From: the human T2T-CHM13v2.0 reference genome, Homo sapiens
DNA length: 64,000 nt
Reading direction: 5' to 3' (one strand)
Assembly: GCF_009914755.1 (NCBI RefSeq)
Contig: NC_060929.1
In this document: piece after piece, positions 1-15,790 of the stretch
Position numbering within the stretch: position 1 is the first letter of the stretch
Layout: each line of letters begins with the position of its first letter
Notes under the pieces: generated by a model
Told to the model about the DNA's origin: nothing
Databases searched by the model: none
The model's input: only the letters and a program-made list of their open reading frames with translations
Program-made: the position numbers and the translations under genes

Positions 1-100
1 AAGGGTGACTCCCAGGGTTCTGCCATTACTGATATGGAGAAAGATCTGCAAAGAAGATGAAGAGCTCAGGTTTGACATATTAGGTAGGAGATTCCTATAG

Positions 101-130
<30 letters not shown>
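101..130. repeat. (GAT)n trinucleotide microsatellite, ~10 units
   Basis: tgatgatgat... read directly. Confidence 0.95.
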
Positions 131-131
<1 letters not shown>

Positions 132-2116
132 ATAATAATTAACTCTTGTATTGATCCAAAACTACTAACAATACTATCAGCTGAAATATCTTGAGCCAGG
201 CATTATGGCTCAAACCCTTTTCAATGCTAAATGTCCTCATACAGTAATCAGCAACCTCTGACATAACAACTCTTATCCCTACCGAAGCATAAAATCCAAG
301 GCCTTGTTGACTAGACCAGCAGGGCTGAAGTCCACTGGCCAGGGTTTCCTCCCCCATAGACAGTGCTGAGATGGGCACTGCTAACATTTGCTTCTTTAAC
401 TTTCCTGCATGATTTAATAAACTCCACATTCTTCTTGCTTGCCCTCTAAGTTTCCCCTGTCCCACCCTATTCAGTCAACTTTTTTTCCACTTCTTTCAAA
501 ATCATTTTTGTATTTTTCAGAGTGGCACATGCCTTAAGAAAATCAAAGTCTACAAAAAGGCTCTTCCTAAGACAATTCCTAACTAGTCTCAAATAAAACA
601 GCTCATATTTCCCTATTTACAACCCTCTAAGTCTATAGATACCCTGTTTGCTCTCAAAGGCCAAACTCCACATTATAATGTGGCCTACCCTACCTTCCAA
701 TCTCATCTAGTACTTGTCTCCCTTTTATTACTCTGATTTTTTTAAGTTTCTCGATTTATAAAGTCATTACCTTATGTTAGCTGAAACACTTTAAGTATCA
801 AATGTAATTTTCATTGCCTTCCATGGATGCCATTAACGTGGTATATGCATCCCCAGTGCTTCCACCCAGTTCCAGAGGCTGGGAAGTCCAAGGTCGAGGG
901 GCTGCACCCGGGAAGGACTTCTTGCTGCGTCTTACCACGGCAGAAGGCTTCCTACCCTGATTTTCTGTCTTGTTCTCTAAGCATGCTTTTCCTCAGGACA
1001 TTTGCTATTGCTGTTCTCCATGGACTGCTTTTCCCTTTGACCTTTGCATGGTTGCCTCCTCATCCGTCAATACTCAGCTCACAGACCCTCTGTGGCTAGA
1101 GTGGGCTGCTTCCCTTATTCCCCTCAGTGTTACTGTTTATCACAGCATCTGATTTATTTATTTGATTGCATTTGCCACAAACTATAATCAATATTGTTGA
1201 CTAACTTATCATCAGGCTTCCTGCAACTAGAATATCAGTCCACAAGGACTGGGCCCAAGGCTCTAAATTCCACTGTGTCCCCAGACTCTAGCCAGTTCCT
1301 GATATGCAGTAGGTGCTCAGTAAATGTGTGCTGTTTGAAGGTTGAAAGGGCCTTGCACTTCCATCTCAAGGCAGCTTTGTTTCCTGTGTTTCCAGACTTT
1401 TTGAACATGCTGTTGTATACTTACTGTACTTCTTCACAGATTACAGACTTTAGTTTTGAGAGATTTTACTTTTCCATCATTTTATCTGAAGGTTGAGAAA
1501 AAACATATTGAATGTATTACTTGAAAATGTAACCTGATAAACCGCTTAAAATGTAACCTGATATACCACTTAAAATGATTTGTTCTGTGTCCTAAATCTG
1601 GATACAGTGTAGCTCAGTCCTTTTAATAACTGTTAGTGAAAGTGCCATCATCCCCGTTTGATAAATGAGGAGACTGAGAAATGATGGTGTACTTATGTGC
1701 AACTGGAAGTCTTCAAGTCCCCAGAACTCTCTCAATACATTTGCCTAATGTGACCTTCTGCTCATTTATCTCAATTCCACACACTTCTAGAATCTATTGG
1801 GGCTGGCCTGTAGATTTGGGATGAGATACCTTTATAACTTTTTGTTTTCCTATTTTCATTTTTAGACCTACGGAAAAGTAGAAAGAATAGTATAACGAAT
1901 GCCCATATATATACCGTTTACGCTGATTCATTAGCTTCTAAGATTTTGACACATTTGGTTTACCTATTGATCCATGTATATACCATTTTTTCTGAAACAG
2001 TTGATAAGTGCGCCATCATAATTGTATTGCTTAAGTACTTCAGCATGTTCAGCATGTATCTCCTAAGCGTAAGGATATTGTACTTCATACCACTGTGCAT
2101 TATCACACTCACGAAA

Positions 2117-2129
2117 CTTTTCTTTTTTT

Positions 2130-2160
<31 letters not shown>

Positions 2161-2446
2161 TGAGACGGAGTCTAGCTCTGTCGTCCAGGCTGGAGTGCAG
2201 TGGTGTGATCTTGGCTCACTACAACCTCCACCTCCCGGGTTCAAGCAATTCTCCCACCCTCAGGCTTCCGAGTAGCTGGGATTACAGGCATGCACCACCA
2301 TGCCCAGCTAATTTTTTTGTATTTTTAGTAGAGACAGGGTTTCACCATGTTGGCCAGGCTGGTCTCAAACTCCTGACCTCAGGTGATCTGCCCATCTCCG
2401 CCTCCCAAAGCACTGGTATGACAGGCATGAGCCACCACAGCCTGCC
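2117..2446 (-). mobile_element. Alu (AluS-like) in SIMC1 last intron
   Basis: poly-T tail, then gagacggagtctagctctgtcgtccaggctggagtgcagtgg...; imperfect TSD gaaactt. Confidence 0.9.
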
Positions 2447-2738
2447 ATGAAACTTGTTCTTGATAGAATATTATCTAATAGTGTCCCAGTAATATCCTTT
2501 TTAGGTAGTTGATTTTAGATTGAGCCAGGATACGGTCAAATATGAAGCACTGTACTTGGCAGTCATACTCTTTGGTCTCCTTTAGTCCAGCACAGTTCCC
2601 AGCTTTTACTTGTCTTTCATAATAGACATTTTTTAAGAGTCCAGGCCAGTTATTTTGTACATGTCCTATGATTGGGATGTTTAATTGCTTACTCGTGATC
2701 ACACTCATGTTAAATACTGTTGACAAGAACATGGAGTA

Positions 2739-2815
2739 GGCCAGGCACGGTGGCTCACACCTGTAATCCCAGCACTTTGGGAGGCCGAGGCTTGCGGATC
2801 ACTTGAGGTCAGGAG

Positions 2816-2856
<41 letters not shown>

Positions 2857-3160
2857 GAGACTGGGTAATTTATAAAGAAAAGTTTAGTTGGCTCACAGTT
2901 CTACAGGCTGTACAGGAGGCATAGTGGCCTTTGCTTCCAGTGAGGCCTCAGGAAACACAATCGTGGCTCAAGGGGAAGCAGACACGTTTTACGTGGCCAC
3001 AGCAGAATAAAGAGTGAGGAGGTGCTACGTAAACACTTTAAACCACCAGACCTCATGATAACTCACCATCACTAGAACAGCACCAAGGGGATGGTGCTCA
3101 ACCATTCATGAGAAATCACCCCCACCAGGCCCCACCTCCAACATCAGGGATTACAATTTG
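2739..3160 (+). mobile_element. Composite: truncated Alu left arm (2739-2816), (CA)n (~2817-2853), MST/THE1-like MaLR LTR fragment (~2855-3160)
   Basis: ggccaggcacggtggctcacacctgtaatccc; (CA)n; cctgagactgggtaatttataaagaaaag...ggctcacagttctacaggctgtacagg resembles MaLR MST LTRs. Confidence 0.75.
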
Positions 3161-3487
3161 GGACTGTCTAGTTGTTTATTCATGATCATACTCATGTTAA
3201 ATACTATTGGCTAAAACATGGACTAGATGAATATGTCTAATTGTTTCCTCAGTATTTTCATTTTTTGACCATGTTATGTGATCATAAAAAATGACACAGA
3301 TCCAAACCATATCACTTTTTTTAATGTAAAACTTCTTAAGGACCCGAGAGAACTGAGAAGAAAGGGCCTTTTGGAAGTGGAGTTACTGCAGGCACTCACA
3401 CAGCCTTCGACTTGTATCCCTGTAGCTAGTCAGCAAGTCTTTGCCAAGACTCTACCTACCAAAATTAGACTTCTTAAAAAGAATTAA

Positions 3488-3793
<306 letters not shown>

Positions 3794-4311
3794 GGGCCTG
3801 CCAAGCACTGAATGCCAAGAATACCTCCTGAACTCTCTCTCCAACTGCTCAGAAGCTCTAAAAGCATGAAAAGTGGTTAAAATCTTACAGGACCAAACCT
3901 GCATTATTTAATCAGTAGGTTGTAATTTCTAACTCTAGTAAATATCTTTTTTTAAATAATCCTATCCTAGCCTGTTCTCAAATATGGCTTAAATATACAA
4001 GGTATATATATTTTTTAATAAATTATTTATCTATACTTTTTTGAAACAGGTTAATACTCTGTGCATCACATGTTTAACATTTTCATTCAAGATGTGGAAA
4101 AAATCCCTCTGCTGAACCTAGTCTATACACCAATATTATGTCATTCAAGGTACCGACAACCTGTTTCAGGAGAGAGACGTTCATTTTTCCCTAATGAAAT
4201 GCAAGCATTCTGTTAGACCTATTATATTGCCTGTTAATTTGACTGTAATGAATAGGGGGTAGAAACAAAAGGATCAAGTGTGTTATAAAACATTTGATGT
4301 TAAAAGGAGAC

Positions 4312-4317
4312 AATAAA
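4312..4317 (+). terminator. SIMC1: SIMC1 polyadenylation signal AATAAA
   Basis: caataaaaag ~520 nt after the stop, followed by GT/T-rich sequence. Confidence 0.8.
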
Positions 4318-4430
4318 AAGGCAATGGTTTTTCAAAATACCAAGTTCAGTGTGACTCTGGGTGGGCAGAGTGGAATAACTATTGTTAAAAGGACAAAAAA
4401 ATAGCCACATTTGAGAAAGTAGTAAGGATT

Positions 4431-4436
4431 TTTATT
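4431..4436 (-). terminator. KIAA1191: KIAA1191 distal polyadenylation signal AATAAA
   Basis: tttatt on the + strand, ~1.5 kb after the KIAA1191 stop. Confidence 0.75.
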
Positions 4437-5536
4437 GTCAAAACGAGATCATAATAGAAGACACAAATAAATTAATTGTTCTCATAATTTTAGACTCCAG
4501 GGCCTCTCTATGGAAAGGCCAGCTTCTTATACAGACAAGGTACTATCCAAAACAAAAAGCAGGTATTTGAGACAGTGTTCAAGACAACAAGTGAACTTGT
4601 ACACAGTGAAGAGAAATAAAAAGGTGGCTTCCGTATTTCCCTCCCTCAGTAAGGTTATGTGTTGCATAAAGGGATGAGGCTCATTTTGGTGAAAAATGCT
4701 TTCATACAGAAAATTTTGAATTGAGTGACCTCCCCGCACAGGCGTTCCAGGCCCTGACCTGAACAAGGAAATCAAAGTAAGTTAACACCACTGGCTTCAC
4801 ATGAACCTCAAGACTATAATCTAACGGTATCTACCATCTCCTTTACTTTAAAAAAGTTTAATGTCCATTTACCTATACCAAATCAGTAGACTTAATTTTC
4901 TCTCTTAGGAAGTTTTTAACCAAATTACAGCTAAATTAATCTCACTTTAAAGTGCAAGAAAGGCTCTGCTAGAGTAGTGTTTGTTCTGTGGCATAGAAAG
5001 AGGAGCATGCCTCCTCCGGCACTGGCCTAAGAGGCCCCACATGAAGAACTAGCTGCAAGACAGTGATCCATTAGGTCTGCCAAAAAGCAGGGGGACTCAA
5101 GGTTCAGCCTAGAAAGAGGGGTCCCTGCCAAGTCTGGCTTTTACCTGTACCCAGGTCCCAAACAAACCTTGGGTCCCCTAACTGATAAGGCTGGAGCACA
5201 GCACCAGTCATCAACAGGGCCAAAGTCGTCTTAGCGAGTCAGTGAGCACCTCTAAGCCATGATTTGTCAATGCTCACATGGATAGTGGTAAAGGAATAAA
5301 GAAGCCTGGGTTTTGGAACAGTACAAACATTCTTTACCTAGTAAGCAGTGATCAAAGTTCTTACCTAGGGTAAATGATGAAAAAAATAGGTAATGAGGTC
5401 CCCATACACCCGTGCTGAGAATATTAGTCTAACTTTAAAGCAGTACAAAATGGCTTCTTCCACACAACAAGGGCAAGCTTTATACTAATGTTTCTCAAAA
5501 ACCAATTACATCTCCAGCTCTAGCCTCAATTTAATA

Positions 5537-5848
<312 letters not shown>

Positions 5849-5947
5849 GATTAAGTTTTTAAATATACCTTTCCTATGTCAAAGCCAAGGTAAAAGGGGA
5901 GTGGGATGCAAGAAACCACCTTTACCAGAATCCCTGGAAAGAGGGCT

Positions 5948-6156
5948 CTAGAAGCCAGTGGGTGTGAGCACATTCAGGTCACGGGGTTTGAGGTTATGGG
6001 CCCGTGGTGGCTGTTTCTTTCCTTCCATCACTGGGATGTCCATCTTGGGGGGCTTCAAGGCTGCTGGATCTTCAGCCATTCGGTTGGCCTGGGCACGTAT
6101 CAGTTCCAATGGAGAGGGCTTCTGGGCTCCTCGGTAGGCCTGGGTGGCAAAACTTC
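5948..6156 (-). CDS. KIAA1191: KIAA1191 (p33MONOX) last coding exon GSFATQAYRG...NVLTPTGF*
   Basis: acceptor ttttgtag|GA; 209 nt; TAG at 5950-5948; the 7 exons sum to 918 nt = 305 aa + stop. Confidence 0.95.
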
Positions 6157-6268
6157 CTACAAAAGTGAACCAGAGTGCAAATGATTTCAAAACCAGTAAA
6201 CAGCTCCCGGTATACAATATGGTAAGATGTCTGCCATGCTGCTCTCTTTTTTGAAGGTGCTGCCTTAC

Positions 6269-6411
6269 CAGAATCGTACTTCTGAAGGGATCTCGGTCCA
6301 AAGAGGCTCCACTTATCTGACAAGTTTCTGTCCTTATCCCCACTTCCAGAGTCCATGGTGCTAGGATTTGGGCCAGGTAAGGCTGTGGAAGAACCAGAAG
6401 TGAACCAGCCC
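6269..6411 (-). CDS. KIAA1191: KIAA1191 coding exon GWFTSGSSTALPGPNPSTMDSG...LQKYDS
   Basis: ttttctttcccag|G ... TCTG|gtaagg; 143 nt; phase consistent. Confidence 0.95.
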
Positions 6412-6597
6412 CTGGGAAAGAAAGAACAAAACATATCCTAAAATACCTCTTCCTTCGCCCCTAGAAATGTCTCACACCAAAAGAACAGGGAACTATCCCT
6501 TCTCCCTCTGAAACCACAGGCTTAAATACAACCTCATCTGCCACACTAGCTTTCCTGAAGCACGCAGGAACTCGGAAGGGTCACAGGAAGGGCTCAC

Positions 6598-6704
6598 CTG
6601 GGCCTCTGCTTAGGTGAAGAGTGCGGAGTGGTGCTTGGGGTGGACTGGGCTGATGCAGGCTGCCTCTCTTCTTTTGTTACCTCTCCACTCTGTAACTTTA
6701 GTTT
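6598..6704 (-). CDS. KIAA1191: KIAA1191 coding exon KLKLQSGEVTKEERQPASAQSTPSTTPHSSPKQRPR
   Basis: gagcag|AAA ... CCCAG|gtgagc; 107 nt; phase consistent. Confidence 0.95.
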
Positions 6705-7699
6705 CTGCTCAGATGGGTAAGAAGAGAGACTTTTTAAAAATGAAAGCAAATTCCAAACAGATAAGTCTAGGCATAAAAAATTTGGTTCGCATTCTAACTT
6801 TAGGCAGAAGACATCTACAGGTGGAATGATTTCGGATGATCTAACAGGTAGTCCTTTGTTTTTGCCATACTAGATGGAACTCCATCTCCTTAAAAAATGT
6901 GTTCATTCTACACTATATCATGAACATCCCTGTACTTAAAGCTTTACACTACAACTTTTACTTTCAGAAACGTGAAGTAATTTCCCCACATTCCCCCAGA
7001 CAGTAAAATGGAAGAGCCAGAACGCTAGCTGCCAGCCTTCTTGGCCTTTTAAGCAGGGCTTAAGCTCTTGTCTCGCTGCTGCTCCTACCATGTACAAAGC
7101 CCTGCCCATCCTCAGTCTCTCCAAGCCAATACTCAGGCATGCTGCTTCTCTCCAGCTAAATGCTTCCTCTGAGGAGCCTGTTCCATTCTCTCCTCCTTCT
7201 CTCCCATAGTCAGCCACTCTGGGTTCCCTCAGCACCGTGAGCATTCCTCTGACTCGCAGTCTAGTGGGGAGAGACAGGTCTACATCTCAGCTCTTCTAGA
7301 GCAAGGTTCCCATGCTGTTTCCTCCCTCCAGGCCTGCCACGCCACTGCTTAACCCAAGCTGCACACCAAACAATGATCACGTTTGAATTTTCTCAAACGC
7401 TCAACAGATCCATTCATGTAAGTTGACAATCTGTTACAAGATGTAAGTTACAGCTAATATTTCAGCCATCCTCATGTTCTACTCCTATGGGCAAGACACG
7501 GAAAGTGGGTCAACCAAAGTCAATCCTACCATTATATAAGGTGAATTGCTCAAATAGAATTCTCACTGACCTATCCTGGAAAGTTCTCAGTTAAGGGTCA
7601 AAGGCTGCCGGTGCCCCTCTCTGGAAGCTTCTGTCTTGTTTGAAAGCTTAAACTGGCCACCAGCCCAAACCTGATTTCCTATAGCAGTTTTTAAACCTA

Positions 7700-8034
<335 letters not shown>

Positions 8035-8960
8035 TTATATCCCCACCCACAGGCCACCAGATCCGGGTTATTCCTCGTTATGTATAATGTATACCATGAT
8101 TCTTTCCTGCGTCGTGTGCTCTCCTCACCTTGCCCTCATCATACCCTGTTCAGAACTCTTAAAATAAAGCTTGGAACAAGCCTGGATTCTGACCCCCCCT
8201 TGCCTAAAGAAGACAGCCCAAGTTTCTTAACTGTAATTGTGTCTCTTCACAATCTGCCCCTGACTTCCATATGAGCCCCTTCAGGAGCCAGATTTCCAGG
8301 CTGCTTTGGAATGAGGAGGAAGAAGCCAACAGGAAGTAAGGCATCAGGAGACTTGGGTTCGGGTACTATGACTGGCTGAATAGATGGCCTCGAACCTCAA
8401 TCTCCTCATTTACAAAATATGGAGAAGAGCATCTGTCCCAAAAGGTGATTGTGAGGATGAAATGAATGCAAGTGCTTCACAATCATAAAACACTATCCAG
8501 TATGAAGCGGTCTTCACTGAAAGAAAGTCATTTGAAACTATTCATTCAAATACTTGGCTATCACTAAATTAACCCTTACCAAAATTCTTCACTTATAGAA
8601 ATGAAATAGCAAAAACATTCCAATTCCACATTTGATTTTAACTTGTTCCTTTCCAGTTAAGCTGTTACCTCTGTTGAGGCTGCCCAGTTCTCCCCAAGAT
8701 ACTCCACATTTGCTTTATGATTCATAAAGTACTCCTATGTATATGTAAGCTGAGGCTCTCACTTGATCCTGCTAACCAGAAGTAGCAAAACAGACACCCC
8801 ACTGTATAGGTGGATAAGCAAAAACTACGAGGCTAAGAGCTCGGGAGCGAGACTAACTCCACAGCCCCCAACTAACTGAGCTGGTAACTTCAAAACCACA
8901 GCCACATTTCAAGCCATGAACACTGAAGGTTTTGTTTTTTCAAAGTTCCTAAGAGCTTAC

Positions 8961-9085
8961 GTGGAGTGCTTCGGCCACTCGAAGGTACTTGGTCTCCTCG
9001 GTGGTGAGGCCCTTGTGGGGTGTGTAGCCAGCATCTCTCAGCCCTGCCTGTCGCTCAAAATGCTGAATGCTTTCCTGGGTCTGTT
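8961..9085 (-). CDS. KIAA1191: KIAA1191 coding exon QTQESIQHFERQAGLRDAGYTPHKGLTTEETKYLRVAEALH
   Basis: ctgttcccag|AA ... CAC|gtaagc; 125 nt. Confidence 0.95.
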
Positions 9086-9407
9086 CTGGGAACAGAGGAG
9101 ATGACAGTCATGCCCATTCCCCTCTCCCATCACAAAATAAGGAGGACAACATGGATATCTACTATTCTCCCCAGAAGCAAGAGACCACACTGACCATTCA
9201 AAGAAGAGGAGACTTTCCCCAGAGAGGCACCACAGCAGTAATTCTGAACCTCACACAAAGGCTCTCTAGCCAGAAGGAAGCCTTCCCTCACACCAAGCTG
9301 AAGAGGTTATTCCTAAAGGGACAGCTGAAGAACCTTGAGGACAATACTCCCACCCTCCTCTTAGTTGTACATGGTGACATTTTCTTTGTATTTAGAAATG
9401 CAACATG

Positions 9408-10260
<853 letters not shown>

Positions 10261-10969
10261 CTATGTACCTTACCCTGGTAGGGGCACAACTGCTGACAAA
10301 CAGAGCCATGTATCTAATTGTTAACTTCCCACAGCAACCTGTACAGCCCTCCAGAATGAAGAAGTTTAGTTAGCTTGTTATAAGGTTAAAAAAAAATCCA
10401 AGTTCTCATATCAGGTTTCATTAGGATGACCAATCATACATTCTTAAGACTAAAGACACTTGGACCTGGTCCTCTTCCTGGTAGACCAACTTTGAGCTGT
10501 TTAAAAAAAAAAAAACAAAAAAAAAAACAAAAACTGGGGTAAGTGGGAAATGCCCGGATGTTTCCCCTTCTCCAGCAGAGCTTGAAACAGTAACAGCAGC
10601 AGCTGCCGCCACTGAGCACTGGGCCTTCTGATCCTCACCTCAACCTGCCAGTGAAATTCCCCATTTTAGAGCGGGGCAGTCTCTGTAGTTAAGTAGCTTG
10701 CCCAAGGCCACAGTGACAGAGCTGGGAACATGAGATCATATCAACAAAGCAGCAGGAATGCACCTAAATCAGATAAGATGCTTAACATTTGGCAAATCTT
10801 CCACTTAATAAATGGAGCTTCAATACTGACATGATTCAGCAGCCAAACTGACATTTTTTAGGATAAGGTAAGGCGAGCGTGTTGCAGTATCATCTCCAAT
10901 CAGCTTGTAGGAAGCCTCAACTCTTCCCTGCCCCTATGGCACTCTACTCTGAGGGTGAAGAGTGCTTAC

Positions 10970-11096
10970 TTGTGATCAGAGAATTCATGATGACATGGGT
11001 AGCTTTAGCCTTCACCACTGGGACCTTGTCCACACTGTCAATGGCTGATGACAGGGTCATGGCAGGGGAGGGTAGACTGGCCTCTCCTTCCTCCAC
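10970..11096 (-). CDS. KIAA1191: KIAA1191 coding exon VEEGEASLPSPAMTLSSAIDSVDKVPVVKAKATHVIMNSLIT
   Basis: gaacag|GTG ... ACAA|gtaagc; 127 nt. Confidence 0.95.
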
Positions 11097-11479
11097 CTGT
11101 TCAAGAGAGGTACAGTACAGAAGCACTTAGGCAGGGCAGGGGAGTCACACACCTAAACTTACTCCTTTGGGGAGGAAGTTACTGAAATAACATTAATCTG
11201 GTAAGTGAGGAAATCATTGAAGGGAGGAGTTGGTCATCTCCACCCAGCTAGATAGGTATTATCCATAGAGACAACAAAGAAAGACATTAGGTGAATAGTT
11301 TACATTTATAAAGGTGGGAAAGCCAGAATTTGAAGCTCTGACGTCTACTACCTTCCCAGACTATGATCTTCCGATATACTATAGTACTATGCCCTAAGAA
11401 TGCAGAAGAAATGCTTATTACGAAGCACTGACCACATCCCAGGCACTATGCTAGATCTTAATTGATGAGAGCACTGGCT

Positions 11480-11652
11480 AAGTGGTTCTGACCCTGTGCC
11501 AGCCATTAGAACAGACTGCCGGGCTCCACCTCAGAGTTTGATTCAGTAGGTCCCTGTTAGTCTGGGGTGGAGTTCAAGAATTTCTTTCTAATAAATTCCC
11601 AGGTGTTACTGATGCTGCCGGTCCCAAGACCACACCTTGAGGACCACTGCTC
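11480..11652. mobile_element. MER5A-like hAT-Charlie DNA transposon relic
   Basis: ccacctcagagtttgattcagtaggtc...cccaggtgttactgatgctgccggtcccaagaccacaccttgaggaccactg resembles MER5A. Confidence 0.65.
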
Positions 11653-13614
11653 CCAAGGTTCAAGTAATGGTCTTTTGAAACAAACAAAAAAAATCTACTT
11701 AGCTCCTCATTTTCAACCTGCAAGAGCTGGCAGCCTCCACCTTCTGCAATCGAAACACCTGATACCTTGCTCAGGCCTAGCAGGGAGGAGAGAACAAGAC
11801 TTATTCTTTATTCTGTGCTTGTCTGGAAGAACTGAGAAGAAAGTAAGATGGTTGAAAAGGGGGGACAGATAAAAAGTAATGAAAAATGTTGTATCCTTAC
11901 TACAAAACAGAATTTATACCTTTAAGCTGTGACCTTGAGTAAAACTTGAGCCTGTTTCCTTACTGGGAAGACGGTTGATTCCTAACATGGGGAGAGTTAG
12001 GGCAAATGAATAGGATCGCATGCAATGAGTCAAGCGGAGCTCTCCTTTGGAGCAGCTGTTCCAAGCCATCAGCTGTTCCAGCTGAGGCCCAGAAGAAATC
12101 TGGAAGCCCGCTCATCCCTTGCCTTGTGGAGCCATCAGCAGGGTGTGTGGCCTGGCAAGCACCACCAGAAGCCCTGCTCACCTCCTGCTCTGGACCCTAA
12201 AGCCCATTGCTCTGACATCACAGGCAAGCTGCAGCAGGCCTTTTCTCCCTGCACTTTTGCTACTTGTTACATGGAATACTCTCCCTGAACAACTGACTGG
12301 GTCATATTTCAGTAGATAATTGATAGAGGGAATATCCCCCAGAGCTGTAGGGGCACTTTCTTAGAAAGGAGCTGTCTGCCCTGAAAGTCTGTTGGAGGCG
12401 GGGGGAAAAACACTCCTTAGAAATTATCAAATATGGCTCTACTAAGAGAAAGTTAAGCAGGGAGCCTGCAGTCATAATATCAGCTACACAGCTAATACAC
12501 AATGTGCCAACCCTTTACATCCCCTGACTGAATCCCCACAACACCTCTATGACATAAGGTATTCCCAACTCTCAGAGAGAGACACTGGGGCTCAGGGTAA
12601 AGTTGTGTGCCCAAGGTCTTGCTAGGGCAGACCACCTGGGACTCACACCCAGGCCTATTTCAGTGGACCCTTACTGTGTACTGCCTGTCAGGCCCTGAGC
12701 TACCATGTGGCTCAAAGTTCAGAGAAACTGTAGCTACAGGTTAAACAGCCTTACATGAACTTGGCGGGCCTACTTTATTCAGGCAACAGTCTAGCCTTTC
12801 TTGTATTCTTGGTGGCTGGAGAGTCAGAGGGGAGAGAGTCCCTGAGGTCGGGAAGCAGAGGCTCCAATAATGCGAACCTACGAAACTAGACTGCACGAAG
12901 GACTGTGAGGTATGTTCGGAAGGGCCTTAGGAAGGAGGCAGTTCTTACAGAGGATGGCCATGGGCAAAGGCAGCTGAGGCTGGAGGTACAGCATGAGGAC
13001 AGGTACAGCATGTGTTCAAGAAAGGGCCAATTTTTTTCCCCAATCACAAAATGAGCAGTTTTTGGGAATCTATGCCAGGCCATCGGCTGGATCCTGCAGA
13101 TAAGAGTACAAACCTAGACATGGCCCCTGTCCTCAGGAAGCTAATGGAGGGCGAGAAAGCAATGCAGGGATGACGACGGGGACCATGGTACCGTGGGGAG
13201 CTCAGAGGGAGAGGTGATGGCCTTATCAGGAGGACGGAGATGTCAGGAAAACTGTCACAGAAGAGACTTTTGAGCTAAGACTTAAAGATACCAGTTTTCA
13301 GGTAAATGGAGTGGGAGAAAAGGTGAGAGGACAGGATGTGGATGGCAAACATCCTAAACAATCAGGGCAGTGTGAGCCAAAAACTGACAGGCAGAAAATA
13401 CGCTGCTAAGTGCAAGAATTTTAGGTAACTTGCACAGTTCAAGCACTGGGTAGGGGAGCTGGAGAGATGCAGGCAGGACTTAGATCACATGGACTGTGGA
13501 TCATGCTGAGCTTGGATTTAGCTCTGTGGGGAATATGAAGAGTCTCAGGAGCAGACAAGGCCATTCTAGTTTTGAATTAAAAAGAAAAAAAAAAGGAGGG
13601 AGATTTAAAAAACC

Positions 13615-13770
13615 ATCTATTGGGTACACTGTACACTATTCGGGTGACGGGTGCACTAAAAGCCCAGACTTCACCACTATACAATTCATCCATGCGAACA
13701 ACACCTCGGGTAACCCTAAAGCTACTGATTTTTTTTTTAACAAAATAAATAAAATCTTAAAAAAGAAAAA
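13615..13770 (+). mobile_element. L1 (L1PB/L1MA-like) 3' end fragment
   Basis: ctattgggtacactgtacactattcgggtgacgggtgcactaaaagcccagacttcaccac followed by an A-rich tail. Confidence 0.75.
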
Positions 13771-13918
13771 AAAGACAGCTATAACTGAGGCACAGAAAAC
13801 ACATACAGGGAGTGGTTGCTGCCCAGTCCCATGGGCACAGGGAGCCACTGAAGGCTTCTGGAGCAGAGGAAGGACAAAGGGGTTGCGTATGCCAGAAATG
13901 GCCAGCAGGGTCAGATAC

Positions 13919-14097
13919 CTTGGCGAGGTGCTGATACTTGCGCTCTGGAATCACTGGCTTCCAAGGGACGCTGCCCATGTCCGATGGAGGAGGAGTCATG
14001 GGCGCAGGGTCCTCGAGGGTATCATCATAGCTGACTGCCCGGCGGTATATCCCGATGGGCAGGGACATCTTGCCTAGAGGCGCACTAGCCTCAAGAG
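13919..14097 (-). CDS. KIAA1191: KIAA1191 coding exon ALEASAPLGKMSLPIGIYRRAVSYDDTLEDPAP...KYQHLAK
   Basis: ctgttcttag|CT ... AAG|gtatct; 179 nt. Confidence 0.95.
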
Positions 14098-14183
14098 CTA
14101 AGAACAGAGACACCTGTCAAGACAGGTTCAGCAACTGGACATACTAGCAGCTTTAAATTAATCTACAGGAAGGAAAGCTCTGA

Positions 14184-14657
<474 letters not shown>

Positions 14658-15249
14658 TGAAATGACCGAGGATACGAAGTTCTCATTCCCATTTCATAGA
14701 TGAGGAAACTAAGGCCTAGGGGTAAAGTGACCTTCCCAAGTTCATTCAGAAAATGGCTACCTGGGGCTCAGCCAAGGTCTGTGAATCCTCTACCTTCCTT
14801 TCCTCACCAAAGAAAACACCAGCACTAACAGAAATGTTTGTGGCATCACTGTTCTGTATGATTTATTTAAACAGTAGAGTCACTTTCCATCACAGAAATT
14901 ATTGACAACCACTCTCACAAATCACCAGCTGATCCTGCCATTCCTGTCCACTGGAACTGACGCCCAGCATGTCGGGTTGTGATGCAGCCACCCCATTCAA
15001 GGGCACTCTCAGCTGTGCCAGACCAGGGAGCCAAGTTCATTGTGTTTCGTTTGCTAATCCTTGCATATCAGAACTAATGTCCAGAACCTACCTGAAAGGT
15101 AACATTTTCCTGTGGCTAAAATCATATAATAACACTCTCTAAGACATCAACCTGCCTGGCAATAAGTCCAAAACCACAAAAGGTTTCATTTAAACGGCAA
15201 GGGGACCAAGCAGCTATCATTATTATTACTATTGCTATTAGTAATAATT

Positions 15250-15790
<541 letters not shown>

